Positions 29,492 through 36,948 of a stretch of DNA of 64,000 nucleotides are shown piece by piece. Within the stretch, counting starts at the first letter, position 1. The number at the start of each line of letters is the position of its first letter. Made by a program: the position numbers and the translations under genes. Source of the stretch: an uncultured Collinsella sp. (GTDB lineage Bacteria > Actinomycetota > Coriobacteriia > Coriobacteriales > Coriobacteriaceae); contig CABUDJ010000001.1 of the NCBI GenBank assembly GCA_902490325.1, positions 6,937 through 70,936 on the forward strand, read 5' to 3'. The notes beneath the pieces were generated by a model. It was not told the origin of the DNA. It ran no database searches and saw only the letters and a program-made list of their open reading frames with translations.

Positions 29492-30070
29492 CTATTTGAA
29501 CATAAGCTCGACTATTCCCGCCCAAACCGCTTTCTCATCAATATCCTCACCTTGAGCGACCGTATTGCTTGCTCCCTCCAGAACGGTATAAAGAATTTGT
29601 ACGTAGAGCATTACGTCGGCGCTATCGGAAAACGCGCCAATCTCTACACCATGAAGAAGGATGTCTTTAAGCGCATCCATGGTTCGTTTGGTCGCCGTCG
29701 CTTGACGTTCCTGAACTGCAGGAATTCGATTTGCTTGAACGCTAACCTCGGCCAGCACGCGCCGGCGCTTTTCATCGCTTCGATAGCCACCTATAACTGA
29801 ATTGCCGAGCTCGATAAGCGCGGCCTTGAACCCGTCCCTATCGACTATTAGCGAGTAGTCGCGCTGATAGTCAATGGTCGGAAACATGCTGTCCAAGAGC
29901 GTAGTGAAAATCTCCTCTTTTGAGGGAAAGTAGTAGTACACCGACGGCTTGGATATACCGACAAAGTCGCAAATCTTTCCGATAGACGCTTTGTCATAAC
30001 CGACTTCTGCCACAAGATCGTACATTGCGTCCAATATTTTTTTTCTTGTGCTCACGCTGCATTTCTCCAT
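29492..30070 (-). CDS. TetR/AcrR family transcriptional regulator
   Basis: N-terminal HTH is KKILDAMYDLVAEVGYDKASIGKICDFVGISKPSVYYYFPSKEEIF. Confidence 0.9.
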   Translation of the reverse strand: MEKCSVSTRKKILDAMYDLVAEVGYDKASIGKICDFVGISKPSVYYYFPSKEEIFTTLLDSMFPTIDYQRDYSLIVDRDGFKAALIELGNSVIGGYRSDEKRRRVLAEVSVQANRIPAVQERQATATKRTMDALKDILLHGVEIGAFSDSADVMLYVQILYTVLEGASNTVAQGEDIDEKAVWAGIVELMFK

Positions 30071-30144
30071 TGCAAATCACTTCCGCACTACCAACATTAT
30101 TAAGGATGGCAACGGAACATCAATTCGTGTCCAAACATGACCAC

Positions 30145-30229
30145 TATATACGGCGAACGGTATGTATCAGTAGGCGAGCGGCAATTATTCAAAACTATCT
30201 ACCGAACGGTAGGTATAGTAGTACTATAG
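30145..30229. promoter_or_regulatory. candidate TetR operators in the divergent tetR / deiminase intergenic region
   Basis: There are two related sites: GGCGAACGGTATGTATCAGTAGG (30151-30173) and ACCGAACGGTAGGTATAGTAGTA (30201-30223). The second contains the palindrome CTACCG-AA-CGGTAG. Confidence 0.5.
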
Positions 30230-30294
30230 CAGGTGAAACCCCGCTATTGTCGCGGCCGGACAGCATCGCGGGAAACCCGACGGAAGGACCAACC

Positions 30295-31533
30295 ATGTAC
30301 GAGAACTATCGTATGCCGGGCGAGTTCGAGAAGCGCTCCAACGTCTATGTGACATGGCTTCCCGATTACATCCGTGCAGAGGGCTACGATAACCGCCAGC
30401 CCTGCGTTGACGTGATCAAGGCTCTGCTCGAGTATGGCGACGTTACGGTCAACCTCAATTGCGGCACCCCCGGCTCCTATGAGGAGGCTTGCTCGCGCCT
30501 GAAGGAGGAGGGGGTTGATCTCGATCGCATCGAGATCACGCAGTTCGAAGACTCCAACTTCTATGTCCGCGACAACGGTCCCAGCATCATGGTCGACGAC
30601 AAGGGCCATTCTTATATGGTCAACCCCGCTTGGACCTATTACGGCGTGTGGGACAAGAACTCCCCGGAGTGCCAGTCCGCACGTAAGGCAGCCGTTCACA
30701 TGGCGGTTGCGCTCGGTTGCTTCGATATCGTCAATTCCGAAATGGTTTCGGAGGGCGGCGACCGCGAGTTTGACGGTCACGGCACTCTGATCGCCATCGA
30801 GGACACGGAATGCCGCAAGCGTAATCCCGAGTTCACGAAAGAGGAAATAGAGGCCGAGTATAAGCGCATCTACAACCTCAACAAGGTTATCTGGCTTCCG
30901 CAGCCTATGCTCGAGGACGACGACTATCGACTGGGCATCCTCGACGAGAAGGAAGACGGAACTCCCGTCTTTGGCATGAGCTTTGCAGCTCACATTGATG
31001 AGATGTGTCGCTTTATCACTCCGAACAAGATTCTTCTTGCCGAGGTGTCCGATGAAGAGGCAGCCTCGAGCAAGGCTGGAGCAGAGTCTCGTCGCCGCAT
31101 TGAGGCAGCCTACGAGATCCTGAGCAACGAAACGGACTGGGAGGGCAAGCCCTTCGAGATCGTTCGTATGCCCACCGCCGAGCCTATTGAAGTCGTTATC
31201 GCCCCTGGCGATGAAGATTACGAGCTCTATAAGGGCTTCATCGACGAAATGGGCGGCAAGTTTATGGATGGCACCCCCTGGCCCGAGGGCCCCGTCCACT
31301 TCTACGCCGCAGCGAGCTACTGCAACTTCCTGATTTGCAACGGCGTCGTTCTTGGCCAGCGTTATTACCACGAGGGCATGAGCGAGGTCGTGAAAGAGAA
31401 GGATGAGCAGGCCAAGGCAGTTCTTGAGAGCTGCTTCCCCGATCGCAAGGTCATCATGATTGATTCCCTCGCGCTTAACCTGTCCGGCGGCGGCGTGCAC
31501 TGCTGGACTAAGGACGTGGCGGCCAGTCGTTAG
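30295..31533 (+). CDS. agmatine deiminase / PAD_porph-family guanidino-group deiminase
   Basis: MPGEFEKRSNVYVTWLP..., SEGGDREFDGHGTL, and the C-terminal catalytic-Cys motif LSGGGVHCWTKDV. Start at MYENYRMPGEFE with RBS GGAAGGA. Confidence 0.8.
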   Translation: MYENYRMPGEFEKRSNVYVTWLPDYIRAEGYDNRQPCVDVIKALLEYGDVTVNLNCGTPGSYEEACSRLKEEGVDLDRIEITQFEDSNFYVRDNGPSIMVDDKGHSYMVNPAWTYYGVWDKNSPECQSARKAAVHMAVALGCFDIVNSEMVSEGGDREFDGHGTLIAIEDTECRKRNPEFTKEEIEAEYKRIYNLNKVIWLPQPMLEDDDYRLGILDEKEDGTPVFGMSFAAHIDEMCRFITPNKILLAEVSDEEAASSKAGAESRRRIEAAYEILSNETDWEGKPFEIVRMPTAEPIEVVIAPGDEDYELYKGFIDEMGGKFMDGTPWPEGPVHFYAAASYCNFLICNGVVLGQRYYHEGMSEVVKEKDEQAKAVLESCFPDRKVIMIDSLALNLSGGGVHCWTKDVAASR

Positions 31534-31656
31534 TGAGCCTTAGAGCCTGCGCTCTTTGGCTTAGGCGCCACATGTACCGCTCCCCGAGGGATATCCGTGT
31601 TTTCCTCGGGGACACATTCAACAATAATTTTGATAATAATTCGAAAGGAAATAGGC

Positions 31657-32721
31657 ATGAACAACAGCCTCCGCGGTCGCGACTACATCAACATCCATGA
31701 TCTCTCCTCCGAGGATTTCCGCTATCTCATCGATCTTGCCTGGAACCTTAAGGCTCAGAAGAAGTCTGGTGTCGACCAGCGCTACTTCCCCGGCAAAAAC
31801 GTCCTCGCCAACTTTGAGTGGGGCTCGACCCGTACTCGTTGCGCATTCGAGACCTCCTGCAACGATTTGGGCATGGGCTTCACTTATCTGACCAACTCCC
31901 ACATGGGTGACTGCGAGACCGTCAAGGACGCCATGCGCGTCTTTAACGGCATGTATGATCTCATCGTCTATCGCGCACAGAAGGACGAGCAGTTCCTCTA
32001 TGACGTCGCCGACCTGGTTGACATCCCGGTCATCAATGCCCTTACTCTCGGCGATCACCCGACTCAGATGCTCGCTGACGCTCTTACGATGGAAGAGCAA
32101 TGGGGCGGTTTGCGTACGAGCCGCGGCAAGAAGATGGCTTTCGTTGGCAACTGCGCCGGCGCCCCGGTGTGGTATGGCCGTCTGTGCGCTATGCTCGACA
32201 TGGACTTCCTCGCCATCGGCCCCGACGACCTCCGTCATCAGATGTGCAAGGAAATGATCGAAGAGGTGGAGGCCTGCTACGCCAAGTACGCTCCCAATAG
32301 GACCTTTACCATCACCTCTGACCTCGATGCCCTGGATGGCGTTGACGTTATCGTTACCGAGGAGTGGCGCTACATCAACCCCGAGTGCGGCGAAGAGGTT
32401 CTGGATCCCGACGACTACAACTCCTGGCTGGGCGATGCCGAGTCTTTGTACCCCTATCGCGTCACCAGCGAGCTGTGCAAGCGCACCAACAATCCCGACA
32501 TCTTCTGCATGCATGAGCTTCCCTCTGTCCATAACGCAGATCACCGTGTCGGCAAAATGCTCCTCGACCAGTGCAAGAACGACCTCCATCGCGAAATCAT
32601 CACCGAGGGCTTTGAGATTGCCGACGAGTGCTTTGAGGCCAACGCTTCGGTCATCTTCCGTGAGGCAGAGAACCGTCAGCACACCATCAAGGCCGTTATG
32701 TGTGCCCTTCTGGGTCTCTAG
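31657..32721 (+). CDS. carbamoyltransferase (ornithine/putrescine carbamoyltransferase superfamily, divergent second-substrate motifs)
   Basis: Carbamoyl-phosphate motifs GSTRTRCAFE and GDHPTQMLAD are present. The HxLP motif is present as CMHELP. The usual SMG-type loop is not recognisable. RBS AAAGGAAATAGG. Confidence 0.8.
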   Translation: MNNSLRGRDYINIHDLSSEDFRYLIDLAWNLKAQKKSGVDQRYFPGKNVLANFEWGSTRTRCAFETSCNDLGMGFTYLTNSHMGDCETVKDAMRVFNGMYDLIVYRAQKDEQFLYDVADLVDIPVINALTLGDHPTQMLADALTMEEQWGGLRTSRGKKMAFVGNCAGAPVWYGRLCAMLDMDFLAIGPDDLRHQMCKEMIEEVEACYAKYAPNRTFTITSDLDALDGVDVIVTEEWRYINPECGEEVLDPDDYNSWLGDAESLYPYRVTSELCKRTNNPDIFCMHELPSVHNADHRVGKMLLDQCKNDLHREIITEGFEIADECFEANASVIFREAENRQHTIKAVMCALLGL

Positions 32722-32732
32722 GAGCTGTATCA

Positions 32733-33998
32733 ATGGAAAATGCAAAGTTAAAGAGCAGCAAGGTTTACGCATGGGTTCTCGTAATCGCGCTCGGCCTTAT
32801 GTCTGCCGGCACGACCGGATCCTATAGCGTCATCGCGGGCTCCTTCGTCGCACCCGTGTGCGAGGAGTTCGGGTTTGACTATTCCATCTTCTCGTATTAC
32901 TTCACCGCAACGCTCATTGGTCTTGCGGCAGCTCTTCCGTTTGTCGGAAAACTCATTCCCAAGGTCGTTGGCAAGGTTTGGCTCCCCGTTGTCGAGCTTA
33001 TTTTGCTTGCTGCCGGCGCAGGCATGGCCTTCTACACCGAAGTCTGGATGTTCATCGCCGCTGGCGCCCTGATTGGCGTTTGCTTCGCCTTCACCACCGG
33101 CGTCGCCATGTCCGACGTTATTGACCAGTGGTTCAAAAAATCTGGTGGCCTGGCAATCGGTCTCGCTTGGGCAGTGAACTCGATTTACATGCTCATCATG
33201 AGCCCCGTCATCACCTCTGTCATCGAGGCCGCTGGCTGGAGGACTGGCTATCTGGTGCTCGCTGGCGTCTCCGCCGTGCTCATTCTCCCCGCTTCCGTCC
33301 TGATTATTCGCTATAAGCCTCAGGACAAGGGCATGCTGCCCTATGGCTACGTCGAGGGCGAGACGGTCACCGAGACCGAGGAGACGACCGAGGATAGCAC
33401 GCGTGGCGTTAGCTATGCGCGCGCCATTAAGTCGCCTGCCTTCTTCTTCTGCATCGGCTTCCTCTGTCTCGTTCAGCTCACTTGCTGCATGAACCAGCTC
33501 TTCCCGACGTATGCTTCCGAGGTTGGTTTTAGCCCCATGGTGGGCGGCTTCATGGTATCCGCTGCATCGCTCTTCGATCTGTTCCTCAATCCGATCGTCG
33601 GCACCACTTGCGATAGGTTCGGCAGCACGAAGGCCATTCTGGGCTGGCTCGCTGTCTCCATCCTCTCCTTTGTCATGCTCATGATGAGCAGCGGCAACTC
33701 GACGCTCAGCATCCTCGCAGCAGGCGTGAACGACGTAATGTACGTCATCGCTGGCACTGCCCTGACCGTTTTGGTTATGGATGTCTTTGGCTCCCGCGAT
33801 TTCGGTCGCATCTTCGCGCTGATCTGCTCCGTGGGCTATATCGTCGGCGCCTTTGGCATGCCCGTTATGATGAAGGTCTATGAGCTTGTCGGCTCCTTCC
33901 AGGGCGTCTTCATCTTCTGCATCGCATGCAACGTTATTATCGGCCTGTTCTTGCTGCTGGCAAAAAAGACTGGTAAGAACCTCTCCTGGGACGAATAG
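32733..33998 (+). CDS. MFS transporter (paralogue of 28074-29354)
   Basis: Collinear similarity to the first MFS along its whole length (for example QLTCCMNQLFPTYASEVGF and FGSRDFGRI). RBS AGGAG. Confidence 0.85.
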   Translation: MENAKLKSSKVYAWVLVIALGLMSAGTTGSYSVIAGSFVAPVCEEFGFDYSIFSYYFTATLIGLAAALPFVGKLIPKVVGKVWLPVVELILLAAGAGMAFYTEVWMFIAAGALIGVCFAFTTGVAMSDVIDQWFKKSGGLAIGLAWAVNSIYMLIMSPVITSVIEAAGWRTGYLVLAGVSAVLILPASVLIIRYKPQDKGMLPYGYVEGETVTETEETTEDSTRGVSYARAIKSPAFFFCIGFLCLVQLTCCMNQLFPTYASEVGFSPMVGGFMVSAASLFDLFLNPIVGTTCDRFGSTKAILGWLAVSILSFVMLMMSSGNSTLSILAAGVNDVMYVIAGTALTVLVMDVFGSRDFGRIFALICSVGYIVGAFGMPVMMKVYELVGSFQGVFIFCIACNVIIGLFLLLAKKTGKNLSWDE

Positions 33999-34085
33999 TT
34001 CGATTCGTCTTAGACATACGCTGTAGGGCTTAACCTGCAGCCGCTTTGGGGCATCGACTAACATCGGTGCCCTTTTTCATCGAAT

Positions 34086-34118
34086 GTGACAAAGGAGCAG
34101 CCACTTTGTCACATTGAG
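34086..34118 (+). repeat. palindromic repeat family copy 2 (degenerate)
   Basis: GTGACAAAGGAGCAGCCACTTTGTCACATTGAG, followed by GGTCTAAT as in copy 1. Confidence 0.7.
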
Positions 34119-34131
34119 TGGCATGTAAATC

Positions 34132-34312
34132 GAGGTCTAATACTTTTCCGAGAAGTGAACGGCCATACTTGGACCTCCGAAGCATCGACATTTTTAGACG
34201 TCAAACCCGCAGGATTTGGCTGGCAAAACCGCAGGAAATTGCATCTCGAAAGTGCCGATGCTTCGGGGGCCCGTTTTCACTCGTTCACTTCTCGGGAAAA
34301 GTATTAAACCTC
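34132..34312. repeat. ~180-nt nested inverted repeat (MITE-like element or structured RNA)
   Basis: The outer arms are GAGGTCTAATACTTTTCCGAGAAGTGAACGG (34132-34162) and TCGTTCACTTCTCGGGAAAAGTATTAAACCTC (34281-34312). The inner arms are CTCCGAAGCATCG (34175-34187) and CGATGCTTCGGGG (34256-34268). Confidence 0.6.
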
Positions 34313-34398
34313 GTTGTATGGGGTGCGGCTGGAGGGTGGTCATCGTTCAGTAGCTACCTCTTCCTTGTGAATCGCCTGAAGCGCAAGGCATAATGCAT

Positions 34399-34433
34399 GT
34401 GACAAAGGGACGGCCCCTTTGTTGTGTTGATAT
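34399..34433 (+). repeat. palindromic repeat family copy 3
   Basis: GTGACAAAGGGACGGCCCCTTTGTTGTGTTGAT. Confidence 0.65.
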
Positions 34434-34446
34434 GAGAGAAGAGTAG

Positions 34447-35400
34447 ATGATCCTTTCGCTGGCCCCTATGGAGGGGATTACCGGGCATGTGTTCCGTCGC
34501 GTGCATGCGGAGTGCTTCGGTGCGCTCGATTGCTATTACACGCCGTTTTTGCCGCCACCGCGGGTGGGAAACCGCTTTGGCGGCAAGGCGTTCAAGGAAG
34601 TCGATCCAGCTAACAACCAAGGGCTAAATGTCGTCCCCCAGCTTATGTCCAAGAATGCGGACGAGTTTGTGTGGGCGGCGCAGGTGCTCGCCGACATGGG
34701 CTATCGCGAAGTCAACCTTAACCTGGGTTGTCCCTCGGGGACGGTTGTCGCCAAGGGCAAGGGCTCGGGTTTCTTGCGCAATCTCGACGAGCTCGAGGCG
34801 TTCTTAAGCGATGTGTGCGAGCGGTCGCCGTTGCCGGTGTCGGTAAAGACCAGGCTGGGGCTGGAGAATGACGACGAATACGAGCGCGTGCTCGATCTGT
34901 ATTGCCGCATGCCGTTGGCAGAGCTGATCGTGCATCCGCGCGTACAGAAGGACCGCTATACGGGCTTGCCGCGCAAAGAGTTTTATGGCGAGACGCTGGA
35001 GCGTGCGCCGTTCCCCGTGGCCTATAACGGTGACATTTTTGATCTTGAGGATATGGACGCGCTGGTGGAGGCCTATCCCGGCACGCGCCATGTGATGTTG
35101 GGGCGTGGCCTGCTCGCGAACCCCGCTCTGGCTCGCATGGTCAAGGGCGGCCCTGCTGCAACGGCTGCTGAGCTGCAGCGCTTCCACGACACGCTGTTTG
35201 CGGCATATGCAGAAGAGATTGGCGGCAATGCGGTCTTCCGCATGAAGGAGTGGTGGTTCTACGCCAAGTGCGCTTTCGCTGATCCCGCTACCGTCCACAA
35301 GATCGTACGCAAGACCAAAAAGGTCGACGAATACCGCGCTGCCGTCGAGCGCGTCTTTCGTGAACAGCCGCTTGCACCCACAGCTCGCTTCCACGGCTAA
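34447..35400 (+). CDS. tRNA-dihydrouridine synthase family protein
   Basis: LAPMEGITGHVFR, NLNLGCPSGTVVAKGKGSGFL and a TIM-barrel Dus layout. Confidence 0.85.
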   Translation: MILSLAPMEGITGHVFRRVHAECFGALDCYYTPFLPPPRVGNRFGGKAFKEVDPANNQGLNVVPQLMSKNADEFVWAAQVLADMGYREVNLNLGCPSGTVVAKGKGSGFLRNLDELEAFLSDVCERSPLPVSVKTRLGLENDDEYERVLDLYCRMPLAELIVHPRVQKDRYTGLPRKEFYGETLERAPFPVAYNGDIFDLEDMDALVEAYPGTRHVMLGRGLLANPALARMVKGGPAATAAELQRFHDTLFAAYAEEIGGNAVFRMKEWWFYAKCAFADPATVHKIVRKTKKVDEYRAAVERVFREQPLAPTARFHG

Positions 35401-35463
35401 CTAGTCATCGGGGGCGTTCTTTAACGACTGGTCATTTAAGGACGTCCCCAACGACTATGTAGC

Positions 35464-35535
35464 AAAAACATGTACACCAGCATCCAAAGATGTCGAAAAA
35501 TGTCGACTTTGGATGCTGGTGTACATGTTTGGGTC
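35464..35535 (+). repeat. 72-nt hairpin repeat, copy A (perfect 21-bp stem); probable bidirectional terminator
   Basis: CATGTACACCAGCATCCAAAG - ATGTCGAAAAATGTCGA - CTTTGGATGCTGGTGTACATG. The same 72-mer, with 3 mismatches, recurs at 36543-36614 in the same orientation. Confidence 0.8.
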
Positions 35536-35551
35536 CGACGGGGGAGCGGGC

Positions 35552-35818
35552 CTAGGCAATCAGTGCATCAAGTGTAATGAGCTCTCTGAGCCGCTCCGTG
35601 CGTGTTTGCCCATGGCGTTTGGCTTTTTCGTCAAACGCCTCAAGAATCGATTCGCCCACACGTGCTGATATAACGACGCTCGGCTCATCGGAGATTGGTG
35701 GCCTTCCCAACTTGATGGTGTGACCTTTCGGCCACTCATCTTTTTCGTAGGCTTCCGCGGCTTTCTTCAACTCTCCGGGAGCAAACCCCATCATCTTTTC
35801 GAGCTGCTTAGCATCCAT
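35552..35818 (-). CDS. ribbon-helix-helix (CopG/antitoxin-like) small protein
   Basis: Start at MDAKQLEKMMG with RBS AGGAGG. The C-terminal part VVISARVGESILEAFDEKAKRHGQTRTERLRELITLDAL looks like an RHH fold. No partner toxin ORF is seen. Confidence 0.55.
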   Translation of the reverse strand: MDAKQLEKMMGFAPGELKKAAEAYEKDEWPKGHTIKLGRPPISDEPSVVISARVGESILEAFDEKAKRHGQTRTERLRELITLDALIA

Positions 35819-36093
35819 GGCGCCTCCTATCGATCGACATAATGTCGAGCGCCGGTTCTCGGATTCTCTTTTTGTATACAATTTTGTAGACAAAAATACA
35901 AGCAGTTCATCGGGCTAATTAGCTTGTTTTGACCTGCCTGTTCGATAGGAAATGAGCATTGACGGCTTCGATACTCCTTTGCTTTTCAGCTTGGAATTTG
36001 GATGCTCATTGAACTTCCGGAGGGGAGCCCTTTATTAAGCTATTGAGATTCTGGGCAGGAGCTCTCACTGGTCTTCGGTAATGGGGCCAGCTT

Positions 36094-36118
36094 AATTCGC
36101 GACACAGTGTGTCGCGAA
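36094..36118. repeat. perfect 12-bp-arm palindrome in AT-rich non-coding DNA
   Basis: ATTCGCGACACA-G-TGTGTCGCGAAT. Confidence 0.7.
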
Positions 36119-36221
36119 TGGGAGTAGTCGTTAGGTGTCCTTCAATGGCTACTCATATAAGAACGTTCAAGTGTCGGATTTTGTCATTTAGTGTCGCTCT
36201 CAGCGACTATTCTGGAGGGTC

Positions 36222-36450
36222 GTGGTCAAAAAAGGGCAAATATGAGTACTGTTGCCATTATGGTTGCATTTATTTGCTATAAATTGTAGCTCCTGATGAG
36301 ATTTGTTCCCATTAAGAGCTACTTTTATTGAACATATGAGGAGAAATAACGTCGTCTGCGGACGAGTGGAACGTTGAATAGTTCCTGAAGTGATCAAAAT
36401 CGCTGCTACTAAACAGGTAGCAGTACTCATATTTGCCCTTTTTTGACCAC
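36222..36450. repeat. perfect 30-bp inverted repeat flanking a 169-bp AT-rich core (candidate invertible segment or MITE)
   Basis: GTGGTCAAAAAAGGGCAAATATGAGTACTG (36222-36251) is the exact reverse complement of 36421-36450. Weaker complementarity extends about 12 nt outward on both sides. Confidence 0.8.
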
Positions 36451-36542
36451 AGCCCTCTCGGAAACCTTTCCAGAGGCGTCAAACAGCCATAATCCAAAGG
36501 TCTCCTCAAACAATTAGCCGGCCAAGAGCGTCCATGACTACC

Positions 36543-36614
36543 AAAAAGCTGTACGCCAGCATCCAAAGATGTCGAAAAATGTCGACTTTGGATGCTGGTG
36601 TACATGTTTGGGTC
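36543..36614 (+). repeat. 72-nt hairpin repeat, copy B
   Basis: It differs from copy A at 3 positions, all in the left arm. It lies just downstream of the glutaredoxin gene stop. Confidence 0.8.
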
Positions 36615-36651
36615 GTATGGGTTGGGGCCCTGGACGGACAGAGCGTGCGTA

Positions 36652-36897
36652 CTAGAGCAGGTTTTCCTGCACCCACGCGATGATGTCGCTCGATTCGTAG
36701 AGTGGTTTGCCGTCGATGAACAGGCAGGGAACCTGGCGTTTTCCGCCGACGGCGATGAGTGTCTGTTCGGCATCGGAATCGGTCGAGATATTGCGCTCGG
36801 GAATGGTCACGCCGTTATCGGCCAAAAAGTGCTTGACCTTTAAGCAATACGGGCAGCCGGTCATAACGTACAGCGCGAGCTCGTGATTAGTAGCCAT
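36652..36897 (-). CDS. glutaredoxin-like protein
   Basis: LALYVMTGCPYCLKVKHFL has a CPYC active site, followed by VPCLFIDGKPL. Start at MATNHE with RBS GGAGA. Confidence 0.85.
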   Translation of the reverse strand: MATNHELALYVMTGCPYCLKVKHFLADNGVTIPERNISTDSDAEQTLIAVGGKRQVPCLFIDGKPLYESSDIIAWVQENLL

Positions 36898-36948
36898 AGG
36901 TCTCCAATCGGTTGAGGTTTTGATTGAAATACCCAAAGCCGCCGCGGT

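Noticed and set aside
30244-34064. Three long - strand ORFs (418, 384 and 438 aa)
   Set aside because: Each mirrors a + strand gene with clear family motifs (deiminase, carbamoyltransferase, MFS). All are shadow ORFs.
34086-34393. 73-aa and 91-aa + strand ORFs
   Set aside because: They lie entirely within the nested inverted-repeat / palindromic repeat region. They have no RBS, and the repeats explain the open frames.
36200-36430. 76-aa ORF spanning the inverted-repeat element
   Set aside because: It starts inside the right repeat arm without an RBS, has an AT-rich low-complexity translation, and the mirrored arm gives only a 15-codon ORF. It is treated as non-coding.
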